Positions 1 to 5,935 of a stretch of DNA of 11,176 nt are shown here, piece by piece. The notes under the pieces were generated by a model. The model was not told where the DNA came from. It made no database searches and saw nothing but the letters and a program-made list of their open reading frames with translations. This DNA is from a virus, in the UHGV virus genome UHGV-1790366. The stretch is one strand, 5' to 3'. The translations under genes were made by a program, and so were the position numbers. The stretch's first letter is position 1, and each line of letters opens with the position of its first letter.

Positions 1-2
1 AC

Positions 3-188
3 CGGATCAACAGTCCCATTAACAGGTCAGGCGCTACCTGGGTAGAAGAAAGCGCCATTCACCAATTTTATAAAATTCTGGAAACGGTACTGATGAAGCG
101 CCGTTTTCAGTGTTTTATAACTGTTTTCACTCCCTGCGGTGTCGAGTTTTGCGGGGGTTATATTTTTCAGAATAGGAGATTATTCTGA
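3..188 (+). CDS. Possible 3' end of an upstream gene (partial, hypothetical protein); reading frame open from the window edge to TGA at 186-188
   Basis: Frame 3 has no stop from position 3 to the TGA at 186-188, and that stop overlaps the ATG at 188 (TGATG), a typical translationally coupled junction. The other two + frames have stops within the first 45 nt. No start codon is visible in the window and no motif was recognised; an open frame of this length could be chance. Confidence 0.25.
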   Translation, partial: RINSPINRSGATWVEESAIHQFYKILETVLMKRRFQCFITVFTPCGVEFCGGYIFQNRRLF

Positions 189-730
189 TGGCTAAGGCTA
201 AAGGCATTAAATTGCCTCAATTTAAGATCCCACTCTTTGAGCATACAACCGTTTTCTTTTGCCCGACCCGCGAGATGTTCTATGAATTTTGCGAAAAGGC
301 AGGAATTCCGATTGAACCTGATTTCGAGTTGGCTGGAGGATTAACGCTTACTTGCACTGGCGAGAATGGTGGTAACTTCTACGTGATCGCAGTATTCAAC
401 AATGAGTTGGGAACGCTGGTCCATGAATGCGCCCACACTACATTCCACGTTTTAAGTGATGTAGGCGTCGTGGCTACCACGGATCCTACCCATCCGGCGA
501 ATGAGACTTACGCTTACATGGTAGGCCGTATCTTCGATGCGTTTTTCCCTATCCTAGCAGAATCAAACGAAGCACAGGTTGCAGCAATGCAGGCGGCAGA
601 AGTCGTCGATCAGGCGCTGGAACAGGCAGAACAGCCGAAGGAAGAAGAAAAGCCAGCAAAGAAAGGCAAACGTAAGCCTAAAGCAAAAGAAGCGTATGTG
701 CCGCGTGTTATGAGCTTTAAACGGGGCTGA
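188..730 (+). CDS. Hypothetical protein with an HExxH motif (HECAH) and a lysine/glutamate-rich basic C-terminal tail
   Basis: 180-codon ORF with ATG at 188 preceded by AGGAG (174-178, 9-nt spacer). The translation contains LVHECAHTTFH (HExxH with an extra His 4 residues downstream) and ends in EQPKEEEKPAKKGKRKPKAKE. Function is not assignable from sequence alone. Confidence 0.7.
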   Translation: MAKAKGIKLPQFKIPLFEHTTVFFCPTREMFYEFCEKAGIPIEPDFELAGGLTLTCTGENGGNFYVIAVFNNELGTLVHECAHTTFHVLSDVGVVATTDPTHPANETYAYMVGRIFDAFFPILAESNEAQVAAMQAAEVVDQALEQAEQPKEEEKPAKKGKRKPKAKEAYVPRVMSFKRG

Positions 731-732
731 TT

Positions 733-801
733 ATGGTTACTTTTCTGTTGGGTTTATTTATCGGAATGGCTGCCGCTGTAATATTACTGGTCGGTGAATA
801 A
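733..801 (+). CDS. Miniprotein 1 (22 aa, MVTFLLGLFIGMAAAVILLVGE), predicted single transmembrane helix
   Basis: ATG at 733 lies 2 nt after the stop of the upstream gene, with GGGG at 723-726. About 20 consecutive hydrophobic residues. First member of a same-strand array of tiny hydrophobic ORFs. Confidence 0.45.
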   Translation: MVTFLLGLFIGMAAAVILLVGE

Positions 802-805
802 TGTT

Positions 806-901
806 ATGGACGATTATATCATCGCCGGATTAATCGGCGTTTCTGTATTTCTGGTAGGTTTTATTATAGCCGTACTGATAACCGTAATGAGCAAGTATTA
901 G
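806..901 (+). CDS. Miniprotein 2 (31 aa, MDDYIIAGLIGVSVFLVGFIIAVLITVMSKY), predicted single transmembrane helix
   Basis: ATG at 806 with GGTGA at 793-797 (8-nt spacer). Acidic N-terminus, about 25-residue hydrophobic core, polar C-terminus SKY. Confidence 0.5.
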   Translation: MDDYIIAGLIGVSVFLVGFIIAVLITVMSKY

Positions 902-914
902 GTGGGGTGGCAAG

Positions 915-989
915 ATGATTGACCCGCTAATTATCCTTTCTGCCTGCGTCGCTGTATGGCTGGCGATAATGATATTCATTGAAAGCTGA
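915..989 (+). CDS. Miniprotein 3 (24 aa, MIDPLIILSACVAVWLAIMIFIES), predicted single transmembrane helix
   Basis: ATG at 915 preceded by the G-rich SD-like GGTGGGGTGG (901-910). Hydrophobic core of about 19 residues. Confidence 0.5.
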   Translation: MIDPLIILSACVAVWLAIMIFIES

Positions 990-1000
990 AGGTATCCACA

Positions 1001-1081
1001 ATGAACGCATACGAAATGCTATTGCTGGTGGCTGTTATTACAGTCATTGCCGTAGATGTTTATCGGGAGTTTAAAAAATGA
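1001..1081 (+). CDS. Miniprotein 4 (26 aa, MNAYEMLLLVAVITVIAVDVYREFKK), hydrophobic core with basic C-terminus
   Basis: ATG at 1001 with GAAGGT at 988-993 (7-nt spacer). Its TGA stop at 1079-1081 overlaps the ATG of the next miniORF (ATGA). Confidence 0.5.
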   Translation: MNAYEMLLLVAVITVIAVDVYREFKK

Positions 1082-1146
1082 AATGGCTTGATTTCCTTTT
1101 CCTGATCGTTGCGATTGTTCTTACCATGACCGCGTTAACTCAATAG
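1078..1146 (+). CDS. Miniprotein 5 (22 aa, MKWLDFLFLIVAIVLTMTALTQ), predicted single transmembrane helix
   Basis: ATG at 1078 overlaps the stop of miniprotein 4; GGGAG at 1065-1069 (8-nt spacer). Hydrophobic core of about 19 residues. Confidence 0.5.
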   Translation: MKWLDFLFLIVAIVLTMTALTQ

Positions 1147-1154
1147 GTGAACGC

Positions 1155-1229
1155 ATGAATGCTATTGATATTATGTTGATCGTGTGTACCTTTGCGTTAA
1201 TTATTATTGGGGTGATTATCAACGTCTGA
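1155..1229 (+). CDS. Miniprotein 6 (24 aa, MNAIDIMLIVCTFALIIIGVIINV), predicted single transmembrane helix
   Basis: ATG at 1155 with AGGTGA at 1145-1150 (4-nt spacer). Same N-polar/hydrophobic-core layout as miniproteins 3 and 4. Confidence 0.5.
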   Translation: MNAIDIMLIVCTFALIIIGVIINV

Positions 1230-1245
1230 CAGTGACTTCTTAATT

Positions 1246-1290
1246 ATGGCTATATGCACGTTGTTAGTCGTTATCGTTTTCTTCGCATAA
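1246..1290 (+). CDS. Miniprotein 7 (14 aa, MAICTLLVVIVFFA), very short hydrophobic peptide; weakest member
   Basis: ATG at 1246 with no convincing SD. Only 14 codons, though entirely hydrophobic and in the gap between miniORFs 6 and 8. It may be a non-coding spacer. Confidence 0.25.
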   Translation: MAICTLLVVIVFFA

Positions 1291-1299
1291 AGGTAAACA

Positions 1300-1383
1300 A
1301 TGAAAGAGCTATTCGACTGGTTGGAAGTATTAACATACTGCGCAAGTTTTGTGGCTTGCGTATATATCATCAATAAATATTAA
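1300..1383 (+). CDS. Miniprotein 8 (27 aa, MKELFDWLEVLTYCASFVACVYIINKY), hydrophobic/amphipathic
   Basis: ATG at 1300 with AGGT at 1291-1294 (5-nt spacer). Hydrophobic core contains two Cys; polar C-terminus NKY. Confidence 0.45.
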   Translation: MKELFDWLEVLTYCASFVACVYIINKY

Positions 1384-1392
1384 AGGGGTGAC

Positions 1393-1539
1393 ATGGTGAG
1401 CAATGAAGAACTAAAAATGGCTGATGAAATCAGAAAGGCACTTGACGCGGCAGAAAACAATGAAACCGTCTACTTTTCCGAACGGGAAGTAGAAAAGATG
1501 ATGGATGAATTTAAATTAAAATTTGAAAAAGATAATTGA
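1393..1539 (+). CDS. Small acidic hydrophilic protein (48 aa, MVSNEELKMADEIRKALDAAENNETVYFSEREVEKMMDEFKLKFEKDN), function unknown
   Basis: ATG at 1393 preceded by AGGGG (1384-1388). The ORF ends 10 nt before the terminase small subunit start. Charged composition looks helical. Below the length cutoff of the ORF track. Confidence 0.45.
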   Translation: MVSNEELKMADEIRKALDAAENNETVYFSEREVEKMMDEFKLKFEKDN

Positions 1540-1549
1540 GAGGTGAAAT

Positions 1550-2035
1550 ATGGCCCGCACTAAAAAGGCAAATGCTGACGATAAAAAGCCAGCAGCTAGA
1601 AAGGTGGGCCGTCCGCATGGTTATACCGAAGAAAAGGCATTAGAGATCTGTGAACTGGTGGCGGACGGTCATAGCGTTAATAAAATTTCGAAGATGCCAG
1701 GTATGCCAACACGTTCAACAATCCTTAAGTGGTTCCGTGATGTGCCGGAATTTTCGGACATGTATGTGAGAGCGAAGGAAATAGGTTTTGAGGTATTAGC
1801 TGATGAGATCATCGATATAGCTGATGCGGCGGAGAACATTGATAAAGATGAATTACGCCGCCACCAACTAATGATTGAAACGCGTAAATGGTTACTGGCA
1901 AAACTGCAACCGCGTAAATACGGTGAACGCGTCACACAGGAGATCGTCGGCAACAGGGAGGAAGCGCCCGTACAGGTAGAAGTCACAAAAGAAGAGATCG
2001 CCCGCATCGTCCAGGAAGTAGAAGACGAGGTGTGA
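1550..2035 (+). CDS. Terminase small subunit (DNA-packaging protein), putative
   Basis: 161-aa ORF with ATG at 1550 and AGGTGA at 1541-1546. Basic N-terminus with a likely helix-turn-helix region (GRPHGYTEEKALEICELVADGHSVNKISKM). Sits immediately upstream of, and 4 nt overlapping, the large terminase gene, the canonical position. Confidence 0.65.
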   Translation: MARTKKANADDKKPAARKVGRPHGYTEEKALEICELVADGHSVNKISKMPGMPTRSTILKWFRDVPEFSDMYVRAKEIGFEVLADEIIDIADAAENIDKDELRRHQLMIETRKWLLAKLQPRKYGERVTQEIVGNREEAPVQVEVTKEEIARIVQEVEDEV

Positions 2036-2037
2036 TT

Positions 2038-3516
2038 ATGTTGACAATCAAAGAACGAGTTATTCAGTCCAAATGTGAAAACGACGGCCTGTTTTTCAAT
2101 CGCTATTTCTACAAGCAAGCGAACGGAACGAAGATGTTAATCTCAGGCCATCATTTAGCCATCCGTGATGCACTGCAACGCGTTATTAATGGTGAGATAA
2201 CCCGACTCATCATTAACATTCCTCCAGGGTACGGTAAAACCATGATCGCAACCATCAATATGATGGCGCGGTCCCTCGCAATAAATCCCCGCACACGCTT
2301 CCTTCACGTTTCCTATTCCAACAACCTGGCATTACTCAATTCCTCTACTGTAAGAAACATGATCTGTACGCCTGACTATCAGGCAATGTGGCCCATGAAG
2401 ATCCGCAACGATGCAAACTCAAAATCGATGTGGTGGACCGAATACGGTGGCGGCGTGTATGCGACGTCATCACTTGGTCAGGTGACTGGGTTCCGTGCGG
2501 GGTACATGGAATCAGGATTTAACGGCGCGTTAATCATAGACGACCCATTAAAACCCGCTGACGCTTACTCCGACGTGGTGAGAAAGCAGGTAAACACCAA
2601 CTATAACGATACGCTTGCTTCACGTCTGGCAGTGCAAACAACGCCTGTTATCGTCATCATGCAGCGCATCCACTATGATGATTTGTCCGGCTACCTGCTA
2701 CGCGGTGGCAGTGGCGAGAAGTGGCATCACCTTAACCTGCCAGTGAAGATAGACAATAGCCTGGGCTACTGGGATCTGTACCCTGAAAACGAGTTCGCTA
2801 TCCCTATTCCTCACAACCTGCCAGATGGCTGGCTATGGCCTAAAAAGCACAATGATATCCATGAAGCTGGACTGAAAGCACACAGACGGTCATTTGAAGC
2901 CCAGTACATGCAGCGCCCGCGTAAATTCGACGAAGAGGGTGCGTTATGGACTGAAGCGATGATAACCGCCGCGCACCGGATGCAGATAACGCAGGACAAG
3001 ATCCGCACCGTGATAGCTATTGACCCGGCGACAACATCATCTGATGAATCTGACGAAACCGGGATTGTGGCGTGTTCCGCTTATGGTGGCGGTAAGAATG
3101 CTCAGTATTCTGTTGATGGTGACTATTCGGGCCGCATGTCGCCTAACGACTGGGCGCACGCATCAATGAAAGCATATGACATCCATGAAGCTGACGCGAT
3201 AGTTATCGAAACCAACCAGGGCGGGGAAATGGCAGAGGCCACGTTGCGTAATGCCGGATTCAAAGGCCGCATTGTTAAGGTGCACGCAAGCAAAGGTAAA
3301 TTCGCCCGCGCCGAGCCAATATCAGCACTGTATGCACAAGGAAGGGTGGCCCACACAGGCAGCCTGTACACGCTGGAAAATCAAATGATGGAATACGTGC
3401 CAGCTACCGCCAAAAAATCCCCTGACCGTATGGATGCGATGGTATGGGGGATCACTGAATTAAGCCAACCACAGGCGATGGGTCTTATGTTACCTAAACG
3501 CCTGCGCGGATTTTAA
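2038..3516 (+). CDS. Terminase large subunit (ATPase plus nuclease)
   Basis: Walker A-like IPPGYGKT and Walker B-like ALIIDDP in the N-terminal half; C-terminal acidic nuclease-like motifs (VIAIDPATT, DAIVIETNQGGE). Start moved to ATG 2038 (GAGGTG SD at 2027-2032, 5-nt spacer) from the ORF-track GTG at 2032. Followed by the portal gene. Confidence 0.88.
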   Translation: MLTIKERVIQSKCENDGLFFNRYFYKQANGTKMLISGHHLAIRDALQRVINGEITRLIINIPPGYGKTMIATINMMARSLAINPRTRFLHVSYSNNLALLNSSTVRNMICTPDYQAMWPMKIRNDANSKSMWWTEYGGGVYATSSLGQVTGFRAGYMESGFNGALIIDDPLKPADAYSDVVRKQVNTNYNDTLASRLAVQTTPVIVIMQRIHYDDLSGYLLRGGSGEKWHHLNLPVKIDNSLGYWDLYPENEFAIPIPHNLPDGWLWPKKHNDIHEAGLKAHRRSFEAQYMQRPRKFDEEGALWTEAMITAAHRMQITQDKIRTVIAIDPATTSSDESDETGIVACSAYGGGKNAQYSVDGDYSGRMSPNDWAHASMKAYDIHEADAIVIETNQGGEMAEATLRNAGFKGRIVKVHASKGKFARAEPISALYAQGRVAHTGSLYTLENQMMEYVPATAKKSPDRMDAMVWGITELSQPQAMGLMLPKRLRGF

Positions 3517-3534
3517 GTTATTGATTATTATCAA

Positions 3535-3553
3535 CTTCGAAAAATTTTCGAAG
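3535..3553. repeat. Perfect 19-bp palindrome (9-1-9 inverted repeat CTTCGAAAA-A-TTTTCGAAG) in the terminase-portal intergenic region
   Basis: Read directly from the sequence. Positioned 18 nt after the large terminase stop and about 110 nt upstream of the portal start. No downstream T-run, so it is unlikely to be an intrinsic terminator. Confidence 0.6.
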
Positions 3554-3664
3554 ATGAACAAGAATAATTCTCAATTGGCTACATAAAATCTGTCTCACAA
3601 TCCCCCACAAGTTTTTCTATTTTTCGCGTAGCAACGCGTAAACATGTATTCAGGAGTAAATATT

Positions 3665-5044
3665 ATGCCATCCAATTTAGAATTGGCGGTTAATGCTGCC
3701 TTGTCACAACGCCAGGCGGCCTTTGCCCGCTATGCAGCCGCTAACCCATTCTCAATGGGTATTGATGCAAAACGTGATGCTGCGTGGAGTGAATACGGAT
3801 TCAAAGAAGAAATCACCTATGCCGATTTATACAAACTGTATCGTCGCGGTGGTATCGCTCACGGTGCTATTGAGAAGATCATTACTACGTGCTGGCGCAC
3901 CAGGCCAACGCTGATTGAAGGTACGGAAGACGAGAAAGCGAAAAAGGAAACTTCGTGGGAAAGAGAAATCAAAAAACGATTCGACAATAGATTCTGGCGC
4001 GTAATTGCTGAATGCGATCGCCGCCGCCTCATCGGTCGTTATGCTGGACTGTTAATTCACGTCAGGGATAACAAGCCGTGGGATCAGCCAGTAACAAAAG
4101 GCGTAGGCATTGCCAAATTTACCCCCGTATGGGCTGGTGCTCTTACACCGAAGGACTTCGAAGAAAACCCGGATAAAGAAAACTATGGCCTGCCTACATG
4201 GTGGGAATACAAGGAGCGCATTAACAGTAAGACCATAGCAAGAAAGATACATCCAGATCGCATATTTATCTTCGGTGATTATTCTGATGATGCCATCGCT
4301 TTCCTTGAACCGTCCTATAACGCATTCGTTTCGCTGGAGAAAGTGGAAGGCGGCAGCGGTGAATCATTCCTGAAAAACGCAGCACGTCAACTGGCTATCT
4401 CGTTCGATAAAGAAATTGATTTCCGTTCTCTGGCTGCAACATACGGTTGCGACGTTACAGAGCTACGCGAAAAATTCAATGAAGCGGCAGAGGATATAAA
4501 TAAAGGTAATGATGTGATGATGGCATTACAGGGAGCTACCGTTAGCCCGCTGGTTACTGCCGTAGCAGATCCTTCCGCTACCTATGACGTCAACCTGCAA
4601 ACCGCAGCCGCTGGTATCGATATTCCAACGCGTATCCTGGTTGGGAATCAGCAGGGCGAACGCGCATCAACCGAAGACCTCCGCTACTTCAATAACCGCT
4701 GCATGACCCGCCGTGAGGAAATAGGAGGTGAGCTTGAGGAGCTATTCCGCAAGATGGCAGATCTCCGCCTTATCAGTATGCCAGTCGATGTATCAGTTTT
4801 ATGGGATGACCTTAACGCCATGACAAAAGCCGAACTACTGGAAGCGGCACACAAGATGGCGCAAATCAATCAGGCATGTCTCGCTACTGGTGAGGAAATA
4901 TTTAGCGGCGATGAGATCCGCGAAGCTGCCGGATATGAAGGGCCAACGCAGGAAGTAGAAGTGGAAGACGAGGACGATAAAGATGAAGATGAAAGTAAAG
5001 AGAATAATCAAAAAGATTCCGCCGTCCGCGATAATGCCATCTAA
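3665..5044 (+). CDS. Portal protein
   Basis: About 459 aa, directly downstream of the large terminase, with a strongly acidic C-terminal tail (EVEVEDEDDKDEDESKENNQKD). Start set to ATG 3665 (AGGAG at 3653-3657, 7-nt spacer) rather than the upstream in-frame ATG 3644, which lacks an SD. Confidence 0.8.
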   Translation: MPSNLELAVNAALSQRQAAFARYAAANPFSMGIDAKRDAAWSEYGFKEEITYADLYKLYRRGGIAHGAIEKIITTCWRTRPTLIEGTEDEKAKKETSWEREIKKRFDNRFWRVIAECDRRRLIGRYAGLLIHVRDNKPWDQPVTKGVGIAKFTPVWAGALTPKDFEENPDKENYGLPTWWEYKERINSKTIARKIHPDRIFIFGDYSDDAIAFLEPSYNAFVSLEKVEGGSGESFLKNAARQLAISFDKEIDFRSLAATYGCDVTELREKFNEAAEDINKGNDVMMALQGATVSPLVTAVADPSATYDVNLQTAAAGIDIPTRILVGNQQGERASTEDLRYFNNRCMTRREEIGGELEELFRKMADLRLISMPVDVSVLWDDLNAMTKAELLEAAHKMAQINQACLATGEEIFSGDEIREAAGYEGPTQEVEVEDEDDKDEDESKENNQKDSAVRDNAI

Positions 5045-5060
5045 CACCGAAGACCCGACC

Positions 5061-5930
5061 ATGACAGGTAAGTTGCGGTCTGGAGCTATTAAGCGTTTTA
5101 AATCCTGCCTGAAGAAAATAGCCGATCCATATATCGCCATACTGGACAAAATACAATATAGCCTGGCTGTTAATAAGAAATATACCTTCCAGATTTACAT
5201 GGATGAATTGCACGACATGCTGGAGGACGCCAGCGACATGATTGATGAGATATTCGAGCTAACCGACCCGGAAAGTTTTTGGTTCTGGCAGGAATACGTG
5301 AAGGTCGCGTATCTGCGAGGCACGGCACAGGAATACGCCAACCTTGCTAACCAGTCTGTCACGTACTCAAGCGTTTATCCCGATGTATCTGCCGTACTAT
5401 CAAGCACAACCTACCGCACGCGCCTTGCCCTGGTCCGTACCCGTGTATTTGAGGAAATGCGCGGGCTGACAGCACAGATCAAAAAGGATATGGCCCGCCG
5501 ACTAACTGAAGGCATGGCCCGTGGTTTAAACCCACTGGAAATAGCGCGCACATTGAATCAGGAGACGCAATTACCGCTATACAGATGCAAACGTATTGCT
5601 CGAACTGAAATATGCACAGCGTTACGCACAGCGCGTATGGATGAGGCAGAAGCGGCGACAGAGGAATTTAATCTCCGCACTATGCAAATGCACATTTCGG
5701 CATTATCGCCGACAACCAGGCTATCACACGCGCAGCGGCACGGGAAAACATACACCATAGATGAGCAGCGCGAATGGTGGAGCAGATCACCAAATTCAAT
5801 TAACTGCAAATGTAGCACGATTACCGTATTAGTTGACGAAGACGGTAACATATTAAACGAAAGAATATTAGATCGGGCGCAAGAAAACTATAAAGTTGCG
5901 CACGCTAAATATGGCGAAGATTGGGAGTAA
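5061..5930 (+). CDS. Head morphogenesis protein (Mu gpF / SPP1 gp7-like minor head protein)
   Basis: C-terminal region contains the NCKCS motif that I recognise as the conserved CxC signature of Mu F-like proteins, and the gene follows the portal as in Mu- and SPP1-like head modules. Start is ambiguous: ATG 5061 avoids overlap with the portal, while ATG 4983 (GAGGA SD at 4970-4974) would give a 62-nt overlap. Confidence 0.65.
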   Translation: MTGKLRSGAIKRFKSCLKKIADPYIAILDKIQYSLAVNKKYTFQIYMDELHDMLEDASDMIDEIFELTDPESFWFWQEYVKVAYLRGTAQEYANLANQSVTYSSVYPDVSAVLSSTTYRTRLALVRTRVFEEMRGLTAQIKKDMARRLTEGMARGLNPLEIARTLNQETQLPLYRCKRIARTEICTALRTARMDEAEAATEEFNLRTMQMHISALSPTTRLSHAQRHGKTYTIDEQREWWSRSPNSINCKCSTITVLVDEDGNILNERILDRAQENYKVAHAKYGEDWE

Positions 5931-5935
5931 AAACC

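Noticed and set aside
100-187. Sigma70-type promoter upstream of the HExxH gene (AT-rich stretch with TTATATTTTT)
   Set aside because: I could not find a -35/-10 pair with acceptable spacing, and the region may be coding (the open frame ending at 188). No promoter is claimed.
801-833. Alternative start ATG 801 (overlapping the stop of miniprotein 1) giving the 10-aa peptide MLWTIISSPD
   Set aside because: It is short, not hydrophobic, and has no SD. ATG 806, in another frame, gives a 31-aa peptide matching the pattern of the array.
1881-1919. Repeated 9-mer CGCGTAAAT (1881-1889 and 1911-1919, with a related ACGCGTAAA at 3634-3642) as a possible pac or terminase recognition site
   Set aside because: A 9-mer recurring two or three times in 11 kb is about what chance predicts, and there is no regular spacing or longer array. 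A pac site cannot be called from this.
3554-3586. 10-codon ORF (MNKNNSQLAT) in the terminase-portal intergenic region
   Set aside because: No SD and no distinctive composition; the ATG is simply adjacent to the palindrome.
3693-3914. Plus-strand alternate-frame ORFs inside the portal gene (3693-3914) and inside the decoration gene (7417-7599)
   Set aside because: They are out-of-frame overlaps within longer, better-supported genes, with no SD and no distinctive composition.
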